Assembly (NCBI GenBank): GCA_039811685.1
Contig: JBDHZC010000007.1
Location: forward strand, 64,001 to 128,000
Direction of reading: 5' to 3'
DNA: 64,000 nucleotides
DNA from: Armatimonadota bacterium
GTDB lineage: Bacteria; Armatimonadota; UBA5829; DSUL01
The position numbers were made by a program, and so were the translations under genes. The notes below the pieces were generated by a model. The model did not search any database, was not told the DNA's origin, and saw nothing but the letters and a program-made list of their open reading frames with translations. Below, in pieces: positions 39,009 to 50,421 of the stretch; within the stretch, counting starts at the first letter, position 1, and every line of letters begins with the position of its first letter.

Positions 39009-39824
39009 TCAGGAAATTGACGGAGCAGGAGAGAGGTCAGGCGCCGCAGCACTCGCCAGATCCTGACCGGGCGAGTTGACAACCCCGCCGAACTTTCGCA
39101 CGCGGCTCTGATAGTCCGCAATGGCCTTCAACAAGTCTTCCTCACCAAAGTCCGGCCAGAGCACGTGAGTGACGTGGAGTTCCGCATAGGCAATCTGCCA
39201 CAAAAGAAAGTTGGAGATGCGCATCTCTCCCGCTGTGCGAATCAGCAAATCCGGGTCGGGGAGCCCCGGCTGGTAGAGCGAGGCGGCAATAGTGCGCTCG
39301 TCAATATCGTCTGGAGAAAGTTCGCCCCGCTGCACCCGGAGCGCAATCTGGCGGAATGCGTCCACAAGCTCGCCCCGGCCGCCATAATTGATTGCGAGAT
39401 TGAGAATAAGCCCGGTGTTATCCTGTGTCCTGCGCACATCGTCCAGAAGCGCCTGCCGGACGAAATCGGGGAGGTCATCTGTGCGTCCGCTTAACCTTAG
39501 CTGAACGCCCTCATCCATGAGCTTTCGCAACTCCTGGTGAGCGGCGGACGCAATCAGCTTCATAATACCGCTGATCTCACTGCGCGGGCGGCGCCAGTTC
39601 TCGGCAGAGAAAGTGTAGAGAGTCAGAGCCTTGATGCCGAACTCACCCGCCAGACGAACAACACGATCCACAGTCTTGTAGCCACGGCGGTGGCCTTCCA
39701 GGCGCGGCAACCCACGGTGAGACGCCCAGCGTCCATTGCCGTCCATAATGATGGCAATGTGAGCGGGCACACGCTCCGGATCGATGCCGCATTCGCGAAG
39801 TTTGTCAGGGCGGAGTTCAGACAT
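39009..39824 (-). CDS. uppS: Isoprenyl transferase (undecaprenyl diphosphate synthase)
   Basis: HIAIIMDGNGRWA, FSAENW and RTAGEMRISNFLLWQ. Confidence 0.97.
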   Translation of the reverse strand: MSELRPDKLRECGIDPERVPAHIAIIMDGNGRWASHRGLPRLEGHRRGYKTVDRVVRLAGEFGIKALTLYTFSAENWRRPRSEISGIMKLIASAAHQELRKLMDEGVQLRLSGRTDDLPDFVRQALLDDVRRTQDNTGLILNLAINYGGRGELVDAFRQIALRVQRGELSPDDIDERTIAASLYQPGLPDPDLLIRTAGEMRISNFLLWQIAYAELHVTHVLWPDFGEEDLLKAIADYQSRVRKFGGVVNSPGQDLASAAAPDLSPAPSIS

Positions 39825-39895
39825 TATGCCGCTCGCCAGCCATCGTCTTCCGCCAGCGATCTATAACAACCGGCGGCGGTGTGGTCAGGCGACTA

Positions 39896-40453
39896 TTATA
39901 CTTCCATCAACTCGGTTTCTTTGTTCTTCTGAAGCCTGTCAATCTCTTCAATGAACTTGTCCGTCAACTTCTGCACCTGCTCCTGAAGCCGCCGGGCATC
40001 GTCTTCGGAGATCTCGTGCTCCTTCTCCTGATGCTTGAGCTTGTCGTTCACATCTCGCCGGACATTTCGGACAGCAATGCGGTGGTCTTCGGCTCTCTTG
40101 TGAAGCTGCTTCACCATGTCCTTGCGGCGCTCTTCTGTTAGATACGGGATTTGCAGGCGGATAACGTTCCCGTCACTGGAAGGCGTCAGGCCAAGATCGC
40201 TGTTGGTGATAGCCTTTTCAATAGCAGCGATAGACTGCTTGTCCCATGGAGAGATCAGAAGCTGCCGGGGCTCAGGAGCGGTGACAGTCCCGAGCTGATT
40301 GATGGGCATGGGAGTGCCGTGGTAGTCCACCATCACGTGATCGAGCAGAGTTGGATTCGCGCGACCAGTGCGCAGCGTCTGAAAGTCCTCTATCGCCACC
40401 TCAACAGCCCGCTGCATTCTGTATTCAGCATCTTTCATCAGATCAGTTGTCAA
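39896..40453 (-). CDS. frr: Ribosome recycling factor
   Basis: LRTGRA, LTEERRK and AVRNVRRD. Confidence 0.97.
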   Translation of the reverse strand: MTTDLMKDAEYRMQRAVEVAIEDFQTLRTGRANPTLLDHVMVDYHGTPMPINQLGTVTAPEPRQLLISPWDKQSIAAIEKAITNSDLGLTPSSDGNVIRLQIPYLTEERRKDMVKQLHKRAEDHRIAVRNVRRDVNDKLKHQEKEHEISEDDARRLQEQVQKLTDKFIEEIDRLQKNKETELMEV

Positions 40454-41250
40454 GAGTCAATCCCTCCAACATACGTCCCGAAGTCATCGCGCAAGACGAC
40501 CTCCCGGATATTCCCTCGCCTGGTGATATTGAATACGACGATCGGCAGATTGTTTTCCTGGCACATGGTAAAGGCCGTCATATCCATCACCTTGAGGTTC
40601 TGGCTGATCGCATCCGCGTAGCTGATTCGATCGTACTTGACTGCTTCCGGGTTCTTTCGCGGGTCCGAGTCGTAGATACCGTCAACGTTAGTCGCTTTCA
40701 GCAAAGCCTGCGCGTGGATTTCAACAGCGCGCAGCACGGCGGCCGTATCAGTTGTAAAGTACGGATTTCCGGACCCGGCGGCCAGAATGACCACGCGCCC
40801 CTTTTCAAGATGCCTGATCGCGCGGCGGCGGATGAACGGCTCGGCGACCTTGTCCATGTTGATGGCAGTCTGGACACGCGTATCTACGCCAAGGCGCTCC
40901 AGAGCATCCTGCAGGGCCAGAGAGTTGATCACCGTCGCCAGCATACCCATTGTGTCGCCCGTGACTCTGTCAACGCCGCCCTCTGAAGCCTGCTGACCGC
41001 GTATGATGTTTCCACCACCGACGACGATAGCTAACTGGACGCCAAGATCCTTCAAGGATCGCACGTCTTCCGCAATTGCTCCGATTGTTTCGGGACAGAT
41101 GCCGAAACCCTGAGACCCGGCGAAAGCCTCACCCGAAAGCTTCAGCAGAACGCGGGACCAGCGCAGCTTTTGCTGTATCCCGAGAGCGTCCAGGCCGCCA
41201 GAAGACCGGCCGCTCGATTGGAAGTTGGGATCTGCCTTCTTTGCGCTCAC
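40450..41250 (-). CDS. pyrH: UMP kinase
   Basis: [21 protein letters not shown] and PYFTTD. Start uncertain; GTG at 41250 assumed. Confidence 0.95.
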   Translation of the reverse strand: MSAKKADPNFQSSGRSSGGLDALGIQQKLRWSRVLLKLSGEAFAGSQGFGICPETIGAIAEDVRSLKDLGVQLAIVVGGGNIIRGQQASEGGVDRVTGDTMGMLATVINSLALQDALERLGVDTRVQTAINMDKVAEPFIRRRAIRHLEKGRVVILAAGSGNPYFTTDTAAVLRAVEIHAQALLKATNVDGIYDSDPRKNPEAVKYDRISYADAISQNLKVMDMTAFTMCQENNLPIVVFNITRRGNIREVVLRDDFGTYVGGIDS

Positions 41251-41278
41251 GACTCTGGTTGCGTCTCCCAGTACGTCA

Positions 41279-41929
41279 CTAACCCGTAGTTCCGTTGCCA
41301 GAAGCCGACTCCTCAGTCTCCTCTTTCGCCTCTGTCTCTCCGACGCGCCAGCGAACAAAGCGCTTAATCTCAATCTTCTCGCCGATTATCGCTACAGTCT
41401 CGTTGACAAGCTGTTTGATGGTCTTGCCCTCATCCTGAATGGAGGGCTGGTCCAGAAGGACTTTTTCACCAAAGAAGAGCTTTTCCATTCGCCCTTCGAC
41501 AATCTTAGGCAGGGCGGCTTCGGGTTTGTTCTGCTGACGCGCCCACACTTCGTGGATTTCGCGCTCACGCTCCAGAACATCCGGCGAGATGTCCTCGCGC
41601 TTGAGGTATTCGGGGTTTGTCCACGCAATGTGCATGGCCAGCTTGTGAGCCAACTCCTGAAACTGCTCGTTCTTGGCGACAAAAGGCGTCTCGCAGCCAA
41701 GCTCAAGCATTACAGCGATCTGACGGCCAGTATGGATGTAGGTCTCAATGATGCCTTCGGAAGCCTGCCTGTCCTGGCGTTTGGCGGCGGTCGCTTCCCC
41801 GCGCTTGCGCAGCAAGTCCCGGGCCTTCTCAAAGTCCCCGTTTGTCTCTTCAAGCGCCCTCTTGCAGGCCATCATCGGAGCTCCGGTTTCGTCCCGGAGC
41901 TTCTTTACAGTCTGAGCGTCTATTGCCAC
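41279..41929 (-). CDS. tsf: Elongation factor Ts (short form)
   Basis: [19 protein letters not shown] and [13 protein letters not shown] start at 41929. Confidence 0.95.
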   Translation of the reverse strand: MAIDAQTVKKLRDETGAPMMACKRALEETNGDFEKARDLLRKRGEATAAKRQDRQASEGIIETYIHTGRQIAVMLELGCETPFVAKNEQFQELAHKLAMHIAWTNPEYLKREDISPDVLEREREIHEVWARQQNKPEAALPKIVEGRMEKLFFGEKVLLDQPSIQDEGKTIKQLVNETVAIIGEKIEIKRFVRWRVGETEAKEETEESASGNGTTG

Positions 41930-41999
41930 TGCGTGTATTTCTCCATCTTGATTCAAAAGCAACAAGGCCGGACAGATGCCGGGCCCAGAGTAGAAAAGA

Positions 42000-42944
42000 T
42001 CAGGCCTCGGCGCTGTCGCCGTCTGCGGAAATGTCTGCTGCGCCCGCAGAAGTGTCCTCAGATGAGGTGACAGGCTCGGCCTGGGCAACTCCGACAGCAG
42101 TCAACTCGGATGCAGTAGCGGCTGCGGGCCCTTCTCCTTCGTGACCATCGGGGGAGGCGGAAAACACAGCCGCATCCTCGGCCGTCACAACACTTTCTTC
42201 TTCCGAGGCTTCCACCTGTGAGATATCCTCACCGTCTTCAACCACCTCTGCGCCCTGCCATTCGATCTGCTTGACTTCGATGATAGCCTCCGACATCTTC
42301 TGACACATCAGCTTGATAGCGCGGATGGCGTCGTCGTTGCCAGGGATGACCAGATCCACCTCGTCAGGGTCGCAGTTGGTGTCAACGATAGCGACGACAG
42401 GAATCTCCAATTTGCGCGCTTCCTGAACAGCGATGTGCTCTTTCTTGAGGTCTACAATGAAAACTGCGCCCGGGAGCTCCGGCATGTCTTTGATACCGCC
42501 GAGGTAGCGCTCCAGGCGGTCTTTCTCCTCACGCAGAAGACTGGCTTCTTTCTTGTTGAACTTCTCGAAGCTGCCGTCCGCTTCCATGGTCTCCAGATCG
42601 CGCAGACGCTGAATACGGTCTTTAATGGTGCGGTAGTTAGTCAGCATACCACCGAGCCAGCGCTGATTCACCCAGTACTGGCGGCACTTTCGAGCGGCAT
42701 CCTCAACCGCTTCCTGCGCCTGTTTCTTCGTCCCGACGAATAGAATCGGCTTGTTGTCTTCGGCAACAGACTGAATGAACGCGCGCGCGTCTTCAAAGAG
42801 CTTGAGAGTCTGGTGGAGGTCAATAATGTAGATACCGTTGCGTCCCCCATAGATGTACCTTTTCATCTTGGGGTTCCAGCGGTTGGTGCGGTGGCCGAAA
42901 TGAACTCCTGCTTCGAGAAGCTCTTTCATGCTGATACTGGGCAT
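42000..42944 (-). CDS. rpsB: 30S ribosomal protein S2
   Basis: [19 protein letters not shown] and PGNDDAIR; acidic low-complexity C-terminal extension. Confidence 0.97.
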   Translation of the reverse strand: MPSISMKELLEAGVHFGHRTNRWNPKMKRYIYGGRNGIYIIDLHQTLKLFEDARAFIQSVAEDNKPILFVGTKKQAQEAVEDAARKCRQYWVNQRWLGGMLTNYRTIKDRIQRLRDLETMEADGSFEKFNKKEASLLREEKDRLERYLGGIKDMPELPGAVFIVDLKKEHIAVQEARKLEIPVVAIVDTNCDPDEVDLVIPGNDDAIRAIKLMCQKMSEAIIEVKQIEWQGAEVVEDGEDISQVEASEEESVVTAEDAAVFSASPDGHEGEGPAAATASELTAVGVAQAEPVTSSEDTSAGAADISADGDSAEA

Positions 42945-43092
42945 AGATTTTCCTTTCAGGTTATCGCGTTGATCTCGCTTCAACCCTGCGGCGCGAGCCC
43001 GGCGCTGCAACAATTGTGCACACGACGAACTCGACCCAGCCGCGCGGTCCACGAGACTGTGAAGTGAGCAAAGCCCCGAATGTTATGCCACA
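42945..43092 (-). promoter_or_regulatory. rpsB promoter and long leader (possible S2 autoregulatory element)
   Basis: TGTGGCATAAC extended -10-like element at 43082-43092 and a ~130-nt GC-rich leader. Confidence 0.4.
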
Positions 43093-43264
43093 GATCTTCT
43101 GAGCCAGCACGGGACTGCCCGTAACCGAAACGCGCTCTGCGCTTCGAAAACGACACAAACGCTGGATTGTAGCACCACGCTTAGCGATAGCGCAAATTCC
43201 TGAGCTCCGTGCAATCGAAGGCGAAGGGTCTGGAAATGAAGCGTTGAAGGCGACAAAGGGCACA

Positions 43265-44764
43265 CTAACGCACGGAAGCGCTGGCTGCCGGGCGCCCGGC
43301 AGTAAGAGACTCCGCTCCTCCAGCCGTCCAGTTCAGCACAGGAGCGGCCAGAATACCCACGACGATAACCAGAGCCGCGAGCGCGCCAAGGACAAAGCCG
43401 TACGTGGGGGAAGCGCTCACCGAAGGCTTGTCGGCCACGCCGGATGCAGGCTCTTCTTCCATAAACATGACCACGGTTACGCGCAGGTAGTAAAACACTC
43501 CCATGACGCTCGTAAGGACGGCAATCACCGCCAGGCCCGGATATCCGGCCTGGACCGCAGCGCTGAAGAGGAACAGCTTTCCAAAGAACCCGGCGAACGG
43601 TGGTATACCGGCGAGTGAAAGCAGAAAAACTGACATCAACGCCGCCAAGAGCGGGCTGCGCCGCGCAATGCCTCTGTAATCATCAATATCTTCCGCTTTG
43701 TCTCCCGAACCAGCAAAAACGATGACGACAGCGAATGCGCCGAAGTTCATCAGCGTGTACACAAGAAGATAGAACAGCACCGCGGACATGCCGTCAACGC
43801 CCGCCACGCTGTCGCGTGACAGCGTCAACAGCCCCATCAGAATATAGCCTGCGTGCGAGATGCTGGAATAAGCCAGGAGCCTCTTGATATTCTGCTGCGG
43901 AATGGCAATCAGGTTGCCCCAGATCATTGTGCCAGCCGCCAGGAGCCACAACAACAGGTGCCAGTTTGGAGATAGACCAGGGGCAACAATTCGGGCCAGC
44001 CCACCAAAGCCAGCAGCCTTGGCAACGACGGACATAAAAGCCGTGACAGATGTTGGAGCTCCTTCATAGACATCTGGAGTCCACATGTGAAAGGGAACAA
44101 GCGCCACCTTGAATCCCAGAGCCACCAGAACCATCCCCACGCCCATGGTCAGCATGGCTCCCGAATTGGCGGCAAGGGCGGCAGCGATGGAAGTCGTACC
44201 CGTCGCAGCAAAAACCAGAGCTGTGCCATACACGAAGAACGCGGACGCGAAGGAACCGAGCAGAAAGTACTTGAGCGCCGCTTCCTGGCTGATGCCCTCC
44301 AGGCGTCGAAATCCAGAGAGCACGTACAGCGGTATCGACAGGAGCTCCAGCCCCAGAAACATCATAATGAAGTTGTCTGAGGCTCCCATCAGCATCGCGC
44401 CGGACGAAGAGAACATCATCAGGGCATAGTACTCACCGCGCGCCAGAGATTCGCGGTTGACATACGGGCTTGAAATGATGATCCCGATAGCGGTGGCAAT
44501 AAGGATGATAAGGTCGAAAACGACAGTGAAGCTGTCAATGGACTGCATTCCGAGCGGCGCGGTGGCAATCTGGGACGCATGAACAGTCACGCACCCGCTG
44601 ACAATCACACCGATCAGCCCAAGCGCCGGGAGCAGGCTGTGCGTCGAGCGCGGGCGGAAAGCGCCGACAAGCAGCACGAGCGCCGCCGCGGCAGCCAGTG
44701 ACCACACCGGTGCGGACACCCACAGGTTCTGCTTGATAAACTCAGTTGTCAGATCGATGCTCAT
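43265..44764 (-). CDS. nuoN: NADH-quinone oxidoreductase subunit N
   Basis: EAALKYF, FKVALVPFHMWTPDVYEGAP and LSLAGIPP. Confidence 0.96.
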   Translation of the reverse strand: MSIDLTTEFIKQNLWVSAPVWSLAAAAALVLLVGAFRPRSTHSLLPALGLIGVIVSGCVTVHASQIATAPLGMQSIDSFTVVFDLIILIATAIGIIISSPYVNRESLARGEYYALMMFSSSGAMLMGASDNFIMMFLGLELLSIPLYVLSGFRRLEGISQEAALKYFLLGSFASAFFVYGTALVFAATGTTSIAAALAANSGAMLTMGVGMVLVALGFKVALVPFHMWTPDVYEGAPTSVTAFMSVVAKAAGFGGLARIVAPGLSPNWHLLLWLLAAGTMIWGNLIAIPQQNIKRLLAYSSISHAGYILMGLLTLSRDSVAGVDGMSAVLFYLLVYTLMNFGAFAVVIVFAGSGDKAEDIDDYRGIARRSPLLAALMSVFLLSLAGIPPFAGFFGKLFLFSAAVQAGYPGLAVIAVLTSVMGVFYYLRVTVVMFMEEEPASGVADKPSVSASPTYGFVLGALAALVIVVGILAAPVLNWTAGGAESLTAGRPAASASVR

Positions 44765-46377
44765 CGAGTATGAAGAATCTCCAGTTGATCGGGCTGCTCT
44801 GCAGACTGCGCAAGAGCGGGAGAGGCGTGGGTCCGCCGGCTTTCAGTTGACGGAACGGAAGGCGAGATGGAGGCCTGGCGGGCGTTTTCAACAGTCTGCA
44901 CGATGCGCAGAACGCTGGGCTCTACGCGCTCCAGGATAGGCTTCGGATAGACCCCGAAGAATATGACACCAACGGCCAGCGGGGTCAGCACGGCAATCTC
45001 ACGAGCGCTCAGGTCCAGAAGGCTCTTGTTCTCCTCATTAGTCATCGGCCCATGCAGGACGCGCTGCACCATCCAGAGCAGGTAACAGGCGCTGAGAACG
45101 GCGGTACTGGCGCCGAGCACCGCATACCACGGATTGCGCATCCAGCTCCCCAGAAACACCAGAAACTCTCCGACGAAGCCCGAGAGAAACGGCAGGCCGA
45201 TGGAAGCCATTGTAATGATGATAAAGACAGCGCCATACTTGGGCATTACACTGTAGATGCCGCCGTAATCGGCAATCTGGCGCGTGTGCCTGCGCTCATA
45301 GATCATCCCGACAAGGAGAAACAGCGCTCCTGTGGCCAGCCCATGGCTGATCATCTGGTAAACACCGCCCTGCAGTCCCTCGAGCGTGAATACGAAGATA
45401 CCGAGCATAGCTATGCCCAGATGACTGACAGAAGTGTACGCCACCAGCTTCTTCATGTCAGGCTGGCGCAGGGCCACCAATGCCCCGTAAATGATGCTGA
45501 TGATAGCCAGCGTCACCAGAAGAGGCGCAAAGTGCAGGCTGGCGTTGGGGAAAAGTGGCAGACAGAACCGCAAGAAGCCGTAAGTGCCCATCTTCAGCAA
45601 CAAACCGGCCAGAATGACAGACCCGGCCGTGGGCGCTTCTACGTGCGCATCGGGTAGCCAGGTGTGAAACGGAAACATTGGCACTTTGATGGCGAAGGCG
45701 AGCGCGAACGCCAGGAACAGAAGCGTCTGCGCGGCTGCGGTGAGATGCATCACGTAGAGCTTGGGCAGATCGAAGGTCAGCTCACCCGTCGTTTTGAAAT
45801 TGATCCACACCATCACGAGGATGGCCACCAGCATCAGCAGGCTGCCCACCATCGTATACAGGAAGAACTTGACTGCGGCGTATATTCGCCGCTGCCCACC
45901 CCACATCCCAATGATGAAATACATCGGGATGAGCATAGCTTCCCAGAAAACATAGAAAAGCACGAGGTCCAGAGCGCAGAATACGCCGATCATCGCGCTC
46001 TCCAGAAGCAGCATCAGCGCGTAGTACTCTTTCTGGCGATCTTTAATGCCGGCGAAGGAGCCGAGAATGGCGACAGCGCTGAGGAACGTGGTCAAGAGCA
46101 CCATCACCAGACTGATACCATCCAGACCGATGTGATAGGTGAGCGCCGGTTGCCCCATCAACTGAATCCAGGGCTTTTGCACCTCGAACTGCCAGACTGC
46201 GCCACTGCTTGAGTAAAGGAAGAACAGCGGTACGCTGAGCGCAAAGGTAATCAGCGCCAGGACAAAAGCGAAACCCTTCGCAGCGGATTCCGCTTTGCGG
46301 GGAAAGAAAGGCAGTACGGCCGCGCCTGCGAGCGGCAGAAAGATCAACAGTGAAAGAATGCACTGGTTGTAATGCAT
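44761..46377 (-). CDS. nuoM: NADH-quinone oxidoreductase subunit M
   Basis: FYVFWEAMLIP and IKVPMFPFHTWLPDAHVEAPT. Confidence 0.96.
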   Translation of the reverse strand: MHYNQCILSLLIFLPLAGAAVLPFFPRKAESAAKGFAFVLALITFALSVPLFFLYSSSGAVWQFEVQKPWIQLMGQPALTYHIGLDGISLVMVLLTTFLSAVAILGSFAGIKDRQKEYYALMLLLESAMIGVFCALDLVLFYVFWEAMLIPMYFIIGMWGGQRRIYAAVKFFLYTMVGSLLMLVAILVMVWINFKTTGELTFDLPKLYVMHLTAAAQTLLFLAFALAFAIKVPMFPFHTWLPDAHVEAPTAGSVILAGLLLKMGTYGFLRFCLPLFPNASLHFAPLLVTLAIISIIYGALVALRQPDMKKLVAYTSVSHLGIAMLGIFVFTLEGLQGGVYQMISHGLATGALFLLVGMIYERRHTRQIADYGGIYSVMPKYGAVFIIITMASIGLPFLSGFVGEFLVFLGSWMRNPWYAVLGASTAVLSACYLLWMVQRVLHGPMTNEENKSLLDLSAREIAVLTPLAVGVIFFGVYPKPILERVEPSVLRIVQTVENARQASISPSVPSTESRRTHASPALAQSAEQPDQLEILHTR

Positions 46378-46402
46378 AAGCCGGTGAGTCTATCCGTTTC
46401 TG

Positions 46403-48394
46403 CTATCTGGTCAGCACCCAGATGACGACAATCGCGCCGAGTACCATCCCCGCCGCATAGTTGCGCACGTAGCCAGTCTGCAATCCGCGGAAGAGATGGC
46501 TGAAAATACCGACGATCGTTGCGACGGCGTTGACGATGGCGTCAATAACCAGCACATCGATCCCGCGCCAGAGGAAATAGGCCAGGCCCATTCCGGGGCG
46601 CACAACAACAGCCTTGTAAAACTCATCAACGTAGAACTTGTTAAGCAGCAGGTTGTACAGCCACGGAGCGCTGCGAGCTATTGACCAGGCGCTTCCGGGC
46701 TTTCTGACGTACATCTGATAGCCCGCGTAGATGCCCAGAACCGACAGCACCACTGTAACGCCCATCAGGCGCATCTCCCAGACGTGGCTGGTTGGGACGA
46801 TCTGGCGATGGAGCATCTCGAGCGCGCGCGCGACGTCCGCCTGCGTTCCCACAGACGGAGCGAGAAAATCTGAAAACGTCTCGGCGGAAGCGCCAAACAG
46901 GTGTGTCAGCCAGCCGATCGGCGCAATCTTCATCAGCGCCTCAGGCATGTTTAGAAACCCTGCGAATACCGCCCCCACCGCCAGCAGGATCAGCACAATA
47001 CTCATTGACGCAGGGGATTCGTGAATGTGGCGCTGAGTCTCTTCATCCATGCGCGGCTGGCCGTGAAAAGTCTTATAGGTCACGCGCGCCATGTAAAACG
47101 CAGTCAACAGAGCCGTCACAACCCCAACAGTCCACAGAACTACTCCGCCAAGCGGAGAGCTGAACGCGTACCACAGAATCTGGTCTTTGGAGATGAACCC
47201 GGAAAACAGCGGAATGCCCGCGATAGCCAGCGTCGCTATCCAGAACGTCCAGGTAGTCACCGGCATCCATCTGGACAGCCCACCCATTCGCCGGATGTCC
47301 TGCTCGTCATGCATAGCGTGAATGACGCTCCCGGACCCAAGGAACAGCAGCGCCTTGAAGAAGGCATGCGTCATCACATGAAAAATCCCAGCGGCAAATG
47401 CGCCAACTCCGCAGGCCATAAACATGTAGCCAAGCTGAGACACAGTGGAGTACGCGAGGACGCGCTTGATGTCGTTTTGCACCAGTCCGATCAGCGCCGC
47501 GAATAACGCCGTAGCCGCGCCGATACCCGCGACGACCATCAGCGCGACAGGCGCATGAACGAACAATATATGACAGCGCGCCACCATATAGACACCCGCC
47601 GTGACCATGGTGGCGGCATGGATGAGAGCGGAAACGGGAGTCGGGCCTTCCATCGCGTCCGGCAACCAGACGTAGAGTGGTATCTGGGCGGACTTGCCTG
47701 TCGCGCCCGCAAACAACAGCAGGCAGATAATGGTCATCGTCACAGTCGGGACCGCGAGAGGCGCAGCGGCGACTTTCGCAAACACATCCTGGAAAGTCAA
47801 AGAACCGAAGGTTACGAAGATGAACAGCATTCCCAGAATGAAGCACCAGTCACCCACGCGGTTGACGATGAAGGCTTTCTGCCCGGCAGCGGCGGCGGAA
47901 GGTCTTTCGAACCAGAACCCGATCAGCAGATAGCTGCACAGCGCCACCCCTTCCCAGCCCACGTACATCAACAGGAAGTTGTCGGCCAGGACAAGCAGCA
48001 ACATCGCGAACGTGAACAGGTTCATGTAGGCGAAGAAGCGGGGGTAGCGGGGGTCATGCGCCATATACCCCATCGAGTACACGTGAATGAGGAATCCAAT
48101 CCCCGATACCACGCACACCATCACTGCGGACAGCGGATCCAGCACGAATGCCACCTGCGTGTGCACGGCCCCCGTGGCGATCCAGTCAAAAAGAGACTGG
48201 TGGAGCACCCGCTGGTCCTCCGGCAGACCCAACAGATGCAGCAGCCCCATGACAGAGACGATCAGGCTCCCCAGAACAGCCAGGCTGGCGATAGCGCCGG
48301 AGACCTTCCTGGGCAGCAGATGGCCGATGAAGGCATTAATGAATACACCGATGAGCGGGCAAAGCGGTATTAGCCACAGATACTTGAAGTCCAA
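46403..48394 (-). CDS. nuoL: NADH-quinone oxidoreductase subunit L
   Basis: GKSAQIPLYVWLPDAMEGPTPVSALIHAATMV; full C-terminal transverse helix region. Confidence 0.96.
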   Translation of the reverse strand: MDFKYLWLIPLCPLIGVFINAFIGHLLPRKVSGAIASLAVLGSLIVSVMGLLHLLGLPEDQRVLHQSLFDWIATGAVHTQVAFVLDPLSAVMVCVVSGIGFLIHVYSMGYMAHDPRYPRFFAYMNLFTFAMLLLVLADNFLLMYVGWEGVALCSYLLIGFWFERPSAAAAGQKAFIVNRVGDWCFILGMLFIFVTFGSLTFQDVFAKVAAAPLAVPTVTMTIICLLLFAGATGKSAQIPLYVWLPDAMEGPTPVSALIHAATMVTAGVYMVARCHILFVHAPVALMVVAGIGAATALFAALIGLVQNDIKRVLAYSTVSQLGYMFMACGVGAFAAGIFHVMTHAFFKALLFLGSGSVIHAMHDEQDIRRMGGLSRWMPVTTWTFWIATLAIAGIPLFSGFISKDQILWYAFSSPLGGVVLWTVGVVTALLTAFYMARVTYKTFHGQPRMDEETQRHIHESPASMSIVLILLAVGAVFAGFLNMPEALMKIAPIGWLTHLFGASAETFSDFLAPSVGTQADVARALEMLHRQIVPTSHVWEMRLMGVTVVLSVLGIYAGYQMYVRKPGSAWSIARSAPWLYNLLLNKFYVDEFYKAVVVRPGMGLAYFLWRGIDVLVIDAIVNAVATIVGIFSHLFRGLQTGYVRNYAAGMVLGAIVVIWVLTR

Positions 48395-48396
48395 CC

Positions 48397-48714
<318 letters not shown>

Positions 48715-49224
48715 CTACGGGAACCTCCTCAAAGCCAGCACAACAGCGCCAATCATAGCGGCCAGCAAGACAAGCGACGTAATCTCAAAAGGAAGCAGAT
48801 AGCTGCTGAACAGCAACTGACCGATGCGCTCCGGTGAACCAAAGTCCGCAGCGATCGCCTGAGGGAAATGACGGACGCCTTCTCCGGCCCTGGCAATGTG
48901 CAGCGCCGCCTCGAACAACAACACACATCCGAGAACGATTGCCGCCGCCAACTGCCACGATGGGTTTTCTCTCAGTGGACCTTCAGCGCCACCAACATTG
49001 AGCAACATCATCACGAACAGAAACAGCACCATAATGGCGCCGGCATACACGGCAACCTGTACGATGAAGATAAACTCGGCGCCCAGCAGCAGAAAAAAGA
49101 TCGCCAGAGAGACCAGCACCAGCACAAGACTCAATGCCCCGTGCACAGCGTTCTTCGAGAGTACAAGATACAGCGCAAAGAACACCGCGACAGCGGCTAT
49201 AAGGACAAACGGGATCCAGGTCAT
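48715..49224 (-). CDS. nuoJ: NADH-quinone oxidoreductase subunit J
   Basis: QVAVYAGAIMVLFLFVMMLL and YLLPFE. Confidence 0.95.
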   Translation of the reverse strand: MTWIPFVLIAAVAVFFALYLVLSKNAVHGALSLVLVLVSLAIFFLLLGAEFIFIVQVAVYAGAIMVLFLFVMMLLNVGGAEGPLRENPSWQLAAAIVLGCVLLFEAALHIARAGEGVRHFPQAIAADFGSPERIGQLLFSSYLLPFEITSLVLLAAMIGAVVLALRRFP

Positions 49225-49252
49225 CGGCCTGCCACTCTCCTGCCAGTCACGT

Positions 49253-50398
49253 TCACCCTCTCACCGCATCCGGCTGAGGGACAACCTGACGGTGCTGCTC
49301 GAGCTGACGGGAGTTCACCAGCCTCAGCACTGCGAGGAAGACTACAAAAAGCGCGATGTTAACTGCCGTGAGCCACAGCGTCGCGCGCTCTTTGGCCACC
49401 ACAATCACAACCGCCGTAGCCGCCAGATTCAGCAAGGCGGCGGGAATCATCACCTTCCATCCGAAGCCCATGAGCTGGTCGTAGCGAATGCGCGGCCACG
49501 AAGCTCGCACCCACATGTAGAAAATGATGAAAGCGAAAATCTTCAGGATGAACCAGATCAGATTCAGATACCAGACATCCGGCCCAAAGCCGTGCCAGCC
49601 CCCCAGATACATCACTGTAGCCAGGGCGCTTGTAGTGACCATGTTCACGTACTCACCCATAAAAAACATGGCGAACCGAAAGCCTGTATACTCCGTGTGA
49701 AAGCCCGCTACCAGCTCGGACTCCGCTTCCGCCATGTCAAACGGAGCGCGGTTCAACTCAGCATTGCTTGCCACGACAAAGAGCAGAAAACCTATGAACT
49801 GAGGACCTATGTTCCAGATGCCCTGCTTCACCTGCTGATTGACGATGTCTAGCAAATCCAGGGAGCCCGCCAGCAAGACAACCGCAACGACAGTCAGACC
49901 AACAGGAATCTCGTAGGAGATCATCTGGGCGCTGGCCCGTAGACCTCCAAGCAGCGAATACTTGTTGTTGGAGCTCCACCCAGCAAGCGTGATGCCATAG
50001 ACAGCCAGCGACGATAGCGCAAGCACATAGAGAATACCGATGTTCACATGCGCAACCTGCAGGTAAACCACACGGCCCGCAACGTGAATAGGTTCCCCAA
50101 AAGGCACGACTGCAAAGGCCGCCAGCGCAGGGACGATGCTGATGACAGGCGCAAGGTAGTACACCAGCTTGTCAACCCCGGTCGGAATGATATTCTCCTT
50201 GGCCATGAGTTTCACGGCGTCAGCGAGAGGCTGCAACAGACCGAACGGACCGACACGGTTTGGCCCGATGCGCTGCTGCATTCGCGCGACAACCTTGCGC
50301 TCCAGCCAGATGAGTACAGGCACAAGCTGCAGCAGCACCACAAAAATGATCACTGCCTTGATGAGGCTTGCTATCCAGTCAAAAGTAGTATTGCTCAT
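49253..50398 (-). CDS. nuoH: NADH-quinone oxidoreductase subunit H
   Basis: [21 protein letters not shown] and [17 protein letters not shown]. Confidence 0.96.
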   Translation of the reverse strand: MSNTTFDWIASLIKAVIIFVVLLQLVPVLIWLERKVVARMQQRIGPNRVGPFGLLQPLADAVKLMAKENIIPTGVDKLVYYLAPVISIVPALAAFAVVPFGEPIHVAGRVVYLQVAHVNIGILYVLALSSLAVYGITLAGWSSNNKYSLLGGLRASAQMISYEIPVGLTVVAVVLLAGSLDLLDIVNQQVKQGIWNIGPQFIGFLLFVVASNAELNRAPFDMAEAESELVAGFHTEYTGFRFAMFFMGEYVNMVTTSALATVMYLGGWHGFGPDVWYLNLIWFILKIFAFIIFYMWVRASWPRIRYDQLMGFGWKVMIPAALLNLAATAVVIVVAKERATLWLTAVNIALFVVFLAVLRLVNSRQLEQHRQVVPQPDAVRG

Positions 50399-50421
50399 TA
50401 TCTAAGACGAAGGGCTAAAGG

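Noticed and set aside
41279..42300. Short EF-Ts and acidic RpsB extension
   Set aside because: Both are known lineage variants and not novel.
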